64,000 nt of DNA from an uncultured Candidatus Saccharibacteria bacterium (GTDB lineage Bacteria > Patescibacteriota > Minisyncoccia > Phycocordibacterales > DATDWN01): positions 70,582 to 134,581 of the forward strand of contig CAYRRP010000002.1 in NCBI GenBank assembly GCA_964426735.1. The letters run 5' to 3'. The notes under the pieces were generated by a model that had not been told where the DNA came from, made no database searches, and worked only from the letters and a program-made list of their open reading frames with translations. Position 1 is the stretch's first letter, and each line of letters opens with the position of its first letter. This document shows positions 55,473 to 64,000 of the stretch, piece after piece. Position numbers and translations under genes: made by a program.

Positions 55473-56174
55473 TTATTTAAGAAGAAGATCGAGTGTTCCT
55501 TTTAAACTCTCATACGGTTGAGCTCCGTTGATTGGAACTTTTGATCCATCTTTTTTAGTAACGATGAGACTATATGGAGTACCTTTTGCTCCTGCTTTGA
55601 TACCATCCTGATAATCAGCCTCAACTTTTGCGGTAAACTTTCCACTTGAAAGACAAGTGTTAAATGCATTTACATCAAGACCAATCTCTTTTGCAATCAC
55701 AGGGAGTTGTTTCTCATCAAAACCATTGTTTGATGGTGTTCGTTCATAGAGTGTGTTGGTGAAAGCCCAGAATTTGTCGTTGCCACCTTGGTCCGCTGCA
55801 CATTCTGTTGCTTCAGCTTGTTTACGTGCTTTTGAGTGGAGTTGGTCGATAGGGAAATGTCGGTACACCCATGCTACTTTCCCATCTTTACCATATGTTT
55901 CCATTACTTTTCTCATTGTAGCGTGGAATTGTTTACAAAATGGACATTCAGTATCTGAATATTCAACAATAACAAGATCTGCATCTGGATTACCGAGAAT
56001 ATGATCATTTGTATCAACAGGACGTATTCCTTCCGCAGAAACAGTATCAGGAAGTGCTACTGCTGGTTTAGCTGTTTTTGTTTGAGAAAAATATAATGCT
56101 CCTGCAATAAGTGCTCCTGCAATAACTATAGCAAAAGGAATTGAAAATTTTTGTAACGTTGTCTCTGTATCCAT
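55473..56174 (-). CDS. DsbA-like thiol:disulfide oxidoreductase (membrane-anchored)
   Basis: N-terminal TM helix. CPFC active site (CPFCKQFH). Thioredoxin fold. Confidence 0.8.
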   Translation of the reverse strand: MDTETTLQKFSIPFAIVIAGALIAGALYFSQTKTAKPAVALPDTVSAEGIRPVDTNDHILGNPDADLVIVEYSDTECPFCKQFHATMRKVMETYGKDGKVAWVYRHFPIDQLHSKARKQAEATECAADQGGNDKFWAFTNTLYERTPSNNGFDEKQLPVIAKEIGLDVNAFNTCLSSGKFTAKVEADYQDGIKAGAKGTPYSLIVTKKDGSKVPINGAQPYESLKGTLDLLLK

Positions 56175-56214
56175 GAGTGAAAAAATTAATGATTAAGTGG
56201 TACAATTATAACCT

Positions 56215-57033
56215 ATGGGTTATATCGATGCAATTATTCTCGGCTTAGTTCAAGGACTTACCGAATTTTTACCGGTGTCATCATCAGGACATTTATTAAT
56301 TGTACGAAATCTTTTGCAGTTGCCACTTGTCGGTACACTTGCCTTTGATGCGGTACTTCAGTGTGCGACAGTGCTTGCGGTGCTTGTGTATTTCGCACGC
56401 GACTTGTGGGGGATTGTTATTTCCGCTTTTCGGTATGTGATGCACAAACCAATTTCAGAAATTGAAAAGACATATCTCTGGGCGATATTTCTTGGCACTA
56501 TCCCTGCAATTGTATTTGGACTTCTTCTTGAGTCAACAATGGATAGCGTATTTAGGAATATTCACTTGGTGGCACTCGCGCTTTTATTAGGAAGTGCTTT
56601 GATGTATTTTGCCCAAAAATATGCAGAAAAAAGTTCCCCGAGGGGTACCTTAGGGGAAACGCAGTGGCTTACGGTCAAAAAGGGAGTTATCATTGGGTTT
56701 TTTCAGAGTCTTGCGTTGGTGCCAGGAATCTCTCGCTCAGGGGCTACTATTTCAGGAGGTCTTTTGGCAGGGCTTTCTCGCGAGGAAGCGACGCGTTTTA
56801 GCTTTCTTCTTTCAGTGCCGATCTTGGTTGGATCGGGGCTAAAAAAGCTCCTGGAAGTCGATTTTACGGCTTCTGGGGGCGTTTTAGGGTCATTATTTGT
56901 TGGTTCTCTGGTTGCGTTTGTGGTGGGTTTTTTGGCAATTCATTATTTCATTAAATACCTCAAAGCCCACACCCTTTCAGTGTTCATCTGGTACCGGGTT
57001 GCGCTTGCTCTTGCAATTTTTATGTTTCTTTAA
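56215..57033 (+). CDS. uppP: Undecaprenyl-diphosphatase
   Basis: Motif GLTEFLPVSSSGHL and the PGxSRSGxTI motif (PGISRSGATI). Confidence 0.9.
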   Translation: MGYIDAIILGLVQGLTEFLPVSSSGHLLIVRNLLQLPLVGTLAFDAVLQCATVLAVLVYFARDLWGIVISAFRYVMHKPISEIEKTYLWAIFLGTIPAIVFGLLLESTMDSVFRNIHLVALALLLGSALMYFAQKYAEKSSPRGTLGETQWLTVKKGVIIGFFQSLALVPGISRSGATISGGLLAGLSREEATRFSFLLSVPILVGSGLKKLLEVDFTASGGVLGSLFVGSLVAFVVGFLAIHYFIKYLKAHTLSVFIWYRVALALAIFMFL

Positions 57034-57611
57034 AAAAGTGACTGAGTTTTAATTTCTTCCACCGGCTCCCAGTGTTTTGTATCCAATTTTATTTCTTTAT
57101 TAAACGGACCTTCTTTAAATAAAAGTTTTTTGTTTTTGAGTGCAAACTCGTACACATCTTTGGTAATTTTTACATCATCAATGCAGTACTTTCGTATTTT
57201 TTCTATTTCACCAGTGCGCCACCATGCCACCGCTTCGAGACCGTTTCCACTTTTGTGTATTCCAAACGTGCCTTCTGCTACCTGATCAAGCTTCATTCGT
57301 CTCCCGTACGCATTGCGGATTTCTTTTAAAATATCAAGACTTTTAATCGTATTGAGATCACCACGACCTTCTTTTTTAAAATACTTATTGAGAAGTGGGA
57401 TATCAAAATGATCACCGTTGTAGGTGATAAGCATGTCTGCTTTTTCAAAGAGAGGCCACATATGTTCAAATTCTTCCTGAACATATGAGCTGTATTCTCC
57501 GGTTTCATAATCGTACAAACCTACAAGAGAAATATTCAAGTCAGCAGGGTCTTGCGAACCTACGTCACTAAAGATATTTCGTGTTTCAATATCAAAAACA
57601 ATTTTTCTCAT
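57030..57611 (-). CDS. DEDD-family 3'-5' exonuclease (RNase H-like fold)
   Basis: Exo I motif FDIET. Exo II-like YNGDHFDIPLL. Exo III H/Y. Confidence 0.6.
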   Translation of the reverse strand: MRKIVFDIETRNIFSDVGSQDPADLNISLVGLYDYETGEYSSYVQEEFEHMWPLFEKADMLITYNGDHFDIPLLNKYFKKEGRGDLNTIKSLDILKEIRNAYGRRMKLDQVAEGTFGIHKSGNGLEAVAWWRTGEIEKIRKYCIDDVKITKDVYEFALKNKKLLFKEGPFNKEIKLDTKHWEPVEEIKTQSLF

Positions 57612-57630
57612 ACAGGGTAGTCTTTGATAT

Positions 57631-58908
57631 CTATATAGTTAGTTTTTCAATAATACCAGCAATATCAAGCTTGCTCTCCGTACCTGTCGCAAGTTCTTTA
57701 AGTGTGTACTGTTTTGATAACACTTCGTCCTCACCAATCACGATGATATACGGAATGTGTTGTTTTGTAGCATATCGTATCTGATCACCAATTTTCTTAT
57801 TTGAGATATCAATCGATATATTTACATGTGCATCTCTCAATACTTTCGCTATTTCATATGCGGTTGGTTTTTGGAGTGTGGTAAGCGTACAGATGTGAAT
57901 ATGAGCAGAAGAGGTGTATTGTGGAAGAAGATTGTGTACTTCAAGAAAGTCTCGTGCTCCAACATCTCCCATACCAAAACCAACCGCAGGAATTTTGCGT
58001 GCCCCAAAGATATCAAGTAAATCATCGTATCTTCCACCTCCAAACAATGCACGATTATTTTGAGGACTAGTGTCAAAAACCTCAAATACGATTCCAGTAT
58101 AATAATCAAATCCGCGCATAAGTGTTGGAGAAAATTCTACATTGGTAACACCTAATACAGAGAGTTGTTCGATAAGTTCTACAATCTGTTGTGCAGACGT
58201 ATTGCTTTCACCGAGATAGGCGAGTAAGCGTTCATTTGATGAGAGTGTGTGTTCAAATTCCCGCGCTTTTTCAGAAGTAATAATTTCAGAAAGCGCTTGA
58301 GAAAAACTCTCGGTTGATATTTTATCTTTTTTATCAATCAACTTACTTGTCTTGTAGCGTTCATCTTCAGTAAGACTGAAACTGTCGTAAAGTGCGTTTA
58401 TCAACTTTCTGTTGTTGATTTTGATAATAAAATCATCATCTGTAGCTCCAAGATTTTTTAAAATAGTGTATGCAATAGAAATAACCTCAGTGTCAGCTTC
58501 ACTTGATTCTACTCCAAACAAATCAACGTTGAGTTGCCAGTGTTCACGAAGACGTCCTCGTTGAGGTTTTTCATATCGGAAAAGGTTCGGTATCGAATAC
58601 CATCGGAGGGGGAAGATGAGCTCTCGTTCTCGGGCTGCGATCATTCGGGCAATCGTCGGCGTCATCTCTGGTCGCAAAGTAACTTCTCGTCCACCACGAT
58701 CAGTAAACGTATAAGTTTGTTCATTTACTATTTCTTCACCAGATTTTGCTTTATACAGTTCTGCAGATTCAAGTATTGATGCGTCGTATTCAACATACCC
58801 AAAACGCTCCACAGTTTCTCGGAGCTTTTTAAAAATGTAATTTTGTACAAATTTGTCTTCGGGGTAAAAGTCGCGAACTCCTTTGTAGCTTTCTGTACTT
58901 AATTTCAT
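57631..58908 (-). CDS. hisS: Histidine--tRNA ligase
   Basis: Class-II motifs, the HisRS-specific GGRYD motif, and GFDYYTG. Confidence 0.9.
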   Translation of the reverse strand: MKLSTESYKGVRDFYPEDKFVQNYIFKKLRETVERFGYVEYDASILESAELYKAKSGEEIVNEQTYTFTDRGGREVTLRPEMTPTIARMIAARERELIFPLRWYSIPNLFRYEKPQRGRLREHWQLNVDLFGVESSEADTEVISIAYTILKNLGATDDDFIIKINNRKLINALYDSFSLTEDERYKTSKLIDKKDKISTESFSQALSEIITSEKAREFEHTLSSNERLLAYLGESNTSAQQIVELIEQLSVLGVTNVEFSPTLMRGFDYYTGIVFEVFDTSPQNNRALFGGGRYDDLLDIFGARKIPAVGFGMGDVGARDFLEVHNLLPQYTSSAHIHICTLTTLQKPTAYEIAKVLRDAHVNISIDISNKKIGDQIRYATKQHIPYIIVIGEDEVLSKQYTLKELATGTESKLDIAGIIEKLTI

Positions 58909-59103
58909 GGTGACAGTATATCAGGAATTTTTTATAAAAAAAACTTGTGAAGGGGTGCTGAGCACCTCACACAAGTTACGATTTGTTTTGCAACCCCTTA
59001 CAATCGTGAAATAGGGGCAGCGCCAGGGAGACCTCGTGAGAGATCAGTGGTGATACTATATCAATACCAAAACATTGTCAAATAGTATGGTATTCTATAA
59101 GAG

Positions 59104-59865
59104 ATGTCAGTCATTGCTATATACAAAAAAATCGGCGAAACTCCACTCGAGGCTCTCACTCGACTACGGAAGAGTATACCTGAATACAAAGAAGAAACAT
59201 TGTCATATGCAGGGCGCCTCGACCCAATGGCAGCAGGAGTGATGCTTGTACTTGCAGGAGATGCCAACAAACAAAGAGAAAAATACTTAAATCTTGAAAA
59301 AGATTATTCTGCAGAAATCCTTTTTGGTATTTCGACAGATACCTATGATACGCTCGGTCTCATCACCGAAGTGTCAAGGAGTGTCCTTGACATAGGAGAG
59401 TTTGAAGAACAGTTGAAAGAGAAGGTGGGGGAAATGAAGGGCACCTTCAGTCAAAAGTACCCGGAGTATTCTTCAAAACCTGTCGATGGTCAGCCGCTGT
59501 TTGCTCATGCTCGTGCAGGGAAGCGAGTGTCTGTGCCAAGTCATGACGTTACTTTGTTTGCATCTGAGTTAACATCAGTAAACGGTATTGATCGAGTCGA
59601 ACTCCTTTCACGTATCGAAAGTCAGGTGGCTTTGGTAAAGGGGGATTTTCGTCAGGCAGATATTGTAAAAATGTGGAAAGAAAAACTAGAGCAGTCGGAA
59701 ATAAAAGAATTTGTAGTGACAGAAATCGACCTCTCTGTTTCTTCTGGTTTTTATGTGCGACAGTATGCGCATGATGTAGGTGAGATGCTCGGAGTGCCTG
59801 CATGTGCACTTTCTATTTTACGGACACGAGTAGGTGAATGGAGTGTTGGGGATTGTGTATTGTAA
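59104..59865 (+). CDS. truB: tRNA pseudouridine(55) synthase
   Basis: Catalytic motif YAGRLDPMAAGVML (Asp). TruB family length. Confidence 0.88.
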   Translation: MSVIAIYKKIGETPLEALTRLRKSIPEYKEETLSYAGRLDPMAAGVMLVLAGDANKQREKYLNLEKDYSAEILFGISTDTYDTLGLITEVSRSVLDIGEFEEQLKEKVGEMKGTFSQKYPEYSSKPVDGQPLFAHARAGKRVSVPSHDVTLFASELTSVNGIDRVELLSRIESQVALVKGDFRQADIVKMWKEKLEQSEIKEFVVTEIDLSVSSGFYVRQYAHDVGEMLGVPACALSILRTRVGEWSVGDCVL

Positions 59866-59981
59866 AAAAATTACACCACACTTTTAAAAAAAAGAAGGGC
59901 ACCTTCCTGTATCTGTACATTTGCAATCTTTTATTTCAAGTGATTCAATAATAAGAGAAACTTGAAAGGAGATTGTCTTCA

Positions 59982-60305
59982 ATGAACGATCAGGGTGAAA
60001 GTGCACGAGAAGTTTTCGGATTGAGAGTGAAAAATGAAAGGTCAAAGCTGAAGATGAATCGAGGGATGTTTGCTAAGTATGCAAATGTCTCTGTTGAATG
60101 TGTTGCTGGTATAGAACACGGGGAGATTGATTTAGAAAATCCAGAACACATGAAAGTTTTGAAGGTTCTGGGTCTTACCGTAAAGACTGCAACACTTTCC
60201 CCTACAAAAAGATTGAGGTGGACGCGTTTCAAATTACATTCAAACTTTTCGAGTCGCACCCGGAAACTTCCTCCACGGCATGTTCGAGAAAGTCTCCATC
60301 GTTGA
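59982..60305 (+). CDS. Putative XRE-like HTH protein with basic C-terminal tail
   Basis: RBS AAAGGAG. Motif MFAKYANVSVECVAGIEHGE (HTH). The C-terminal 40 aa are unusually basic and overlap an antisense ORF, so the 3' extent is uncertain. Confidence 0.4.
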   Translation: MNDQGESAREVFGLRVKNERSKLKMNRGMFAKYANVSVECVAGIEHGEIDLENPEHMKVLKVLGLTVKTATLSPTKRLRWTRFKLHSNFSSRTRKLPPRHVRESLHR

Positions 60306-60415
60306 AATCTAATTGTCCCGGGTACAAAGTTGTGCCCGGGATTTTACTTGCAATTTTATTGAGGTGTGGTTAACTAGTATCTAGTAGTTCATTTCCCTAA
60401 AGGAAGTCGTAAACA

Positions 60416-60628
60416 ATGACCACGATGCAGCAAGCCGCCTCTCAGGCGGTGATTCCTGCGTTCATGTCTGTCGACATTCGTCAGCGTGGAACGCATTTCA
60501 ATTTCGATCAGGACGATGCTCCTGGTCTGAAAAAGAGTAAGCATCCCAATCGGCACCGTCGGTGGTACAATAGTGCCACCAACCGACGCGGTCGACGTGG
60601 TTCGTCCTTTAATCCTCATCGTCGCTAG
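60416..60628 (+). CDS. Small very basic protein (70 aa) in a local GC-rich segment
   Basis: RBS AAGGAAG 8 nt upstream. Stop is directly followed by a strong terminator. A competing antisense ORF is at 60389-60643. Confidence 0.35.
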   Translation: MTTMQQAASQAVIPAFMSVDIRQRGTHFNFDQDDAPGLKKSKHPNRHRRWYNSATNRRGRRGSSFNPHRR

Positions 60629-60642
60629 TCCTTCTGGCGACA

Positions 60643-60678
60643 AAAAAGCCCGGACGCTTCTTGCGTCCGGGTCTTTTC
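60643..60678. terminator. Bidirectional terminator AGCCCGGACGC-TTCTT-GCGTCCGGGTC + T-run
   Basis: 11-bp GC-rich stem between the small gene and the convergent typA. Confidence 0.8.
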
Positions 60679-60714
60679 TATATCTCTCAGATGACTGTCT
60701 ACTTATGACTTCCC

Positions 60715-62466
60715 TTATCCCTTATATTGTTTCTTTCGAAGTCGTGTTGACTGTGGAGTAATTTCAATATACTCATCGGTTTGCATGATTTCCATCGCTC
60801 GTTCGATATCGAGTTTGTATGCAGGGGCGAGGTATACTGTTCCGTCAGATCCTGATGCACGCATGTTGGTGAGTTGCTTTCCTTTGGTTGGGTTTACGAA
60901 GAGATCTTCACCTTTTGAAGAGTTTCCGATCACTTGTCCTTCGTACACTTCATCACCTGGTTCTACATAGAGCACTCCTCGTTGCTGGAGGTTGTCGAGT
61001 GCAAATGCAAGACATTTACCTTTCATCATTGAAACCATCGCACCGAGGTGTGTTTTCTGGATTTCACCGACGTAGCTTCCGAAGTTGCTAAATCGAGATG
61101 AAAGAATCCCGAGACCTTTTGTATCGATTACAAACTGTCCACGGTATCCCAAGAGTCCTCGTGTTGGTGCTTCGAAAATAAGTCGCTGGTTGCCATCACC
61201 TTGTCGGATGTTCATCAGTGTTGCTCGTCGAGCGGAAAGCTTCGCGATTACAGTACTTGCAAACTCATCGGGTACATCGATCACGACTTCTTCAAATGGT
61301 TCACTTTGGACACCATCGATATCTTTGATGAGTGCTTGCGGTTGTGATACCTGGAGTTCGTATCCTTCACGACGCATGTTCTCGAGAAGCACTGCGATGT
61401 GGAGCTCACCTCGTCCAAACACATTCATCTTGTCTCCAGTAAAATCAACCTTGAGTCCTACGTTTACCTCGAGCTCTTTTTCGAGACGTTCTCGGATCTG
61501 TCGAGATGTTACAAATTTACCTTCTCGTCCTGCAAACGGCGAGTCGTTTACCAAAAATTCAAGAGAGATTGTTGGTTCATCAATATTGATAGATGGAAGT
61601 GGTTCTGCATGCTGGTCTGTTGAGACAGTGTCTCCGATGTATATTTCTGGAATACCTGCAATCATCACAATATCTCCAGATGTTGCTTCTGCTTCTTCCT
61701 TCTTAGACATACCTTCAAAGGTGTATAACTTGGTAAGTCTTCCGGTGAGTCCTTGTCCATTTGCTTTTTTTACATACACGGTATCGTTTGCTTTGAGTGT
61801 ACCTTGGTACATTCGGCAGATCGCCATACGTCCGAGGAAGTTGTCGTATGCGAGGTTGAATACTTGAAGCTTTGCTGGACCATCGTCCTGAGTTGATGCT
61901 GGAGGGACAAGGTTGAGGATGGTATCAAGAAGAGGATTCAAGTTCGTCGCTGTATCAGTAAGTTTCATCTTCGCAACTCCTTCACGGCCGATTGCGTATA
62001 CAGTGGTGAAGTCGAGTTGCTCATCATTTGCACCAAGATCCATGAACAGTTCGAGTACCATTTCGTGAACATCATCAGGACGTGCTGCAGGTTTGTCGAT
62101 TTTGTTGATCACAACAATCGGCTTGAGTCCAAGCTCAAGAGATTTTTTCAATACGAAACGAGTCTGAGGCATCGGGCCTTCCTGAGCGTCCACTACCAAA
62201 AGCACCGTGTCGATCGATCGAAGTACACGCTCTACTTCAGAGCCGAAGTCAGAGTGACCCGGTGTGTCCACGATATTGATCTTCGTGTCTTTATAAAAGA
62301 GGGAAGTGTTTTTTGCATAAATAGTAATACCACGTTCTTTTTCAATCGTGTTTGAGTCCATCGATGCACCTTCTTCAGTCATGCCGTTTTGGCGAAGTAA
62401 CGCATCTGTTAGAGTCGTTTTCCCATGATCCACGTGAGCGATTATCGCAATATTTCTTATCTCCAT
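60715..62466 (-). CDS. typA: Translational GTPase TypA/BipA
   Basis: G1 motif AIIAHVDHGKTTL. DTPGHSDF motif. EF-G-like domains. 583 aa. Confidence 0.93.
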   Translation of the reverse strand: MEIRNIAIIAHVDHGKTTLTDALLRQNGMTEEGASMDSNTIEKERGITIYAKNTSLFYKDTKINIVDTPGHSDFGSEVERVLRSIDTVLLVVDAQEGPMPQTRFVLKKSLELGLKPIVVINKIDKPAARPDDVHEMVLELFMDLGANDEQLDFTTVYAIGREGVAKMKLTDTATNLNPLLDTILNLVPPASTQDDGPAKLQVFNLAYDNFLGRMAICRMYQGTLKANDTVYVKKANGQGLTGRLTKLYTFEGMSKKEEAEATSGDIVMIAGIPEIYIGDTVSTDQHAEPLPSINIDEPTISLEFLVNDSPFAGREGKFVTSRQIRERLEKELEVNVGLKVDFTGDKMNVFGRGELHIAVLLENMRREGYELQVSQPQALIKDIDGVQSEPFEEVVIDVPDEFASTVIAKLSARRATLMNIRQGDGNQRLIFEAPTRGLLGYRGQFVIDTKGLGILSSRFSNFGSYVGEIQKTHLGAMVSMMKGKCLAFALDNLQQRGVLYVEPGDEVYEGQVIGNSSKGEDLFVNPTKGKQLTNMRASGSDGTVYLAPAYKLDIERAMEIMQTDEYIEITPQSTRLRKKQYKG

Positions 62467-62490
62467 ATATGTTACGTCAGGTCTTTTTAA

Positions 62491-62589
62491 CCAATTTCAT
62501 CTTCTAAAATTTAAAAATAATTTTCACCTACACAAATAGGTAGGCTCAAATTCTTTGTAAATTTTATAAGCGACCTTGGTCAAAAATCC
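62491..62589. repeat. Palindromic intergenic element, copy C
   Basis: Same conserved arms as copies A and B. Apical stem CCTAC/GTAGG. Located in the divergent region upstream of typA. Confidence 0.65.
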
Positions 62590-62689
62590 ACTGACTTGTG
62601 AATTAATGATTAATTTACGAGTCTTTCCTAAAAGAGCCATAATTAAAGCATGTTTTGGGGGAGTTTGTCAAAAGGTTGGGATGCGGTAC

Positions 62690-62718
62690 TTGACAAATAA
62701 TATAAATAGGTGTATAGT
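62690..62718 (+). promoter_or_regulatory. Consensus sigma70 promoter TTGACA-17-TATAGT
   Basis: Perfect -35, 17-nt spacer, and a -10 with 5/6 match. Lies 22 nt upstream of the RBS of a 53-codon ORF. Confidence 0.7.
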
Positions 62719-62739
62719 ACCCTACAGGAGGAAGCTAAG

Positions 62740-62901
62740 ATGGCTTTCATAAGAATATTTTTGGGGATGATGATTATCCTCGGAGTTGTGGTGTTGGTCA
62801 CATACCCGACCGACACCAGGAAGGACGTTGTCCATTTTTTGAAGACGGGTGACTTGCAGGTCACCGCCTTCAAAAAGGTTGTTGATGGATTCCGGCGATG
62901 A
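62740..62901 (+). CDS. Small membrane peptide (53 aa) MAFIRIFLGMMIILGVVVLVTYP...
   Basis: RBS AGGAGG 8 nt before the ATG. Single TM helix. The stop codon lies inside hairpin CCGGCGA-TGAGT-CGCCGG. Confidence 0.5.
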   Translation: MAFIRIFLGMMIILGVVVLVTYPTDTRKDVVHFLKTGDLQVTAFKKVVDGFRR

Positions 62902-63068
62902 GTCGCCGGATCCTGAGGGTCCTCCTGATCCTCTCTGTCCTTCCTGCAGTAGTCTATTTCGGGCTACTGCTCAACCAACAGTACAAAAAACCGAAGCCGC
63001 TGGTGGTGACACCCGCGGTTTTTCATATCCAGATTTTACTTTTGATACATGTGAGGTACACTTAATAT

Positions 63069-63365
63069 ATGTTGGAATTTAATATTAAAGATGTTCCATT
63101 TTTTCATCTCTCTGATCCGATTCCGTTTTTGAACGGCACTCTCCCTCAACTCTCTTTCGGTTTTAACGGTGATTATGCAAAACTTTTGTTGCTTGTGCTA
63201 TTTCTGTTGTATTTTATAGGGTACAGCATTGTTTCGGGAATTGTGTTTTATCACTGGAATACATACGGCATGAAGACGTACACTATTTTACTGGTGAAGC
63301 TTGTGTTTACGGTCGTGTCGTTGTTTTTCTTTGGACTTTTGTTTGGATTAACTCTTTCACTATAA
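63069..63365 (+). CDS. Membrane protein (98 aa, 2-3 TM)
   Basis: Hydrophobic ORF immediately upstream of the bPH_2 protein gene. Confidence 0.45.
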   Translation: MLEFNIKDVPFFHLSDPIPFLNGTLPQLSFGFNGDYAKLLLLVLFLLYFIGYSIVSGIVFYHWNTYGMKTYTILLVKLVFTVVSLFFFGLLFGLTLSL

Positions 63366-63368
63366 TAT

Positions 63369-63938
63369 ATGGCAAATTACACCATTCTACATTTAGATAC
63401 TGACGAGCATATTCTTCTTGAGGTACGTCGTCACTGGATTGTATTTATCGGTCACGTGATTTCATTTATGTTTTTTTCGGCACTTCCGCTTGTACTCTAC
63501 ATTCTTGCACATATGTTTTCTTTTCCGTTTATTACTTTTATTTCATCGGGGCCTATTTTAAAAATAGTGGCACTCTTTTATCTCGTCTGGCTTCTATCCT
63601 TTTGGCTTTCGTTTATTATTACCTGGACTAAGTACTATCTCGATGTATGGTATGTGACCGAAAAGCGTATTATCGATATCGACCAACAAAGAATCTTTCA
63701 TCGAGAAGTTTCAAACCTTCGCTTCGACAAAATCCAAGATGTGACGGTGGAGGTGAAAGGTTTCCTCGCGACTTGGCTTGATTTTGGAAATATCAGAGTG
63801 CAGACAGCGGCAGAGGATAGTAAGGATTTTTATATGACCTATGTGAACTGTCCGGAAAACGTAAAGCGAGTGATTTTTGCTCAGCATAATGTGGTAGGAG
63901 ATAAGACAAATAACACAACTGATCAAGGTGGAGTATAA
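63369..63938 (+). CDS. Bacterial PH-domain membrane protein (bPH_2/DUF304, YdbT-like)
   Basis: Two N-terminal TM helices. Then YYLDVWYVTEKRIIDID...NIRVQTAA, matching the bPH_2 pattern. Confidence 0.65.
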   Translation: MANYTILHLDTDEHILLEVRRHWIVFIGHVISFMFFSALPLVLYILAHMFSFPFITFISSGPILKIVALFYLVWLLSFWLSFIITWTKYYLDVWYVTEKRIIDIDQQRIFHREVSNLRFDKIQDVTVEVKGFLATWLDFGNIRVQTAAEDSKDFYMTYVNCPENVKRVIFAQHNVVGDKTNNTTDQGGV

Positions 63939-63962
63939 AAGCCGCCTTTTGGGCGGCTTTAG
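63937..63962 (+). terminator. Intrinsic terminator AAAAGCCGCC-TTTTG-GGCGGCTTT
   Basis: 8-bp GC stem after the stop codon. Confidence 0.7.
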
Positions 63963-64000
63963 CTTCAGCTTGGGTAATAATTCTAACTCCTACCAAACGG

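Noticed and set aside
62849-63082. 77-aa plus-strand ORF (Pro/Ser-rich) overlapping the small membrane peptide gene 3' end
   Set aside because: No RBS is present. The composition is driven by local GC-rich hairpin sequence, and it overlaps a better-supported gene.
1-64000. CRISPR arrays, rRNA or tRNA genes
   Set aside because: No regularly spaced direct repeats with unique spacers and no rRNA- or tRNA-like sequences were found anywhere in the window.

Overview
This 64-kb window comes from a low-GC, gene-dense bacterial chromosome. Several traits resemble small-genome Patescibacteria/CPR-like lineages: a short rpoB, a hinge-less SMC, a monomeric PheRS, and many short operons each with its own hairpin terminator. 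This lineage assignment is an inference only.

Recognisable core genes:
- An RND (CzcA-like) efflux pump fragment at the window start.
- A family-2 membrane glycosyltransferase (GT2) followed by a PEGA-domain protein.
- pheS-like, gyrB, a PspC-domain protein, thrS, an anti-sigma antagonist (STAS domain), dnaE, rnhB and rpmF.
- A NusB-Nudix fusion, rnc and a hinge-less smc.
- rnr, rpsP, a KH-domain protein and trmD.
- Two metallo-beta-lactamase (MBL)-fold hydrolases, a Pif1/RecD-like helicase and an MGMT domain.
- An EVE-domain protein.
- rpoB-rpoC, dnaG-rpoD and a UvrD/AddA-like helicase-nuclease.
- dsbA-like, uppP, a DEDD exonuclease, hisS, truB and typA.

The most unusual content is non-coding:
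1. A 1.1-kb GC-rich, ORF-free segment (4861-5956) packed with long-range inverted repeats and hairpins.
2. Two short orphan transcription units with consensus promoters and terminators (14448-15000).
3. A three-copy, about 100-nt palindromic intergenic element with covarying apical stems.
4. A two-copy conserved element (GCAATCTATCTAGCCCTGGTGGGCTAGCGAACTGCTCG ... CTGCGCAAGGCC) closed by non-identical but self-complementary outer stems.

Other notable observations:
- A 2.6-kb island of XRE/RHH regulators bracketed by 49-bp direct repeats that duplicate the 3' end of the EVE gene.
- Tandemly duplicated leader modules upstream of the two XRE genes.
- An smc gene followed 11 nt later by an AT-rich DUF3800-like gene and further AT-rich small genes.
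- Several tiny ORFs driven by near-perfect sigma70 promoters.

No CRISPR array, rRNA or tRNA was found.
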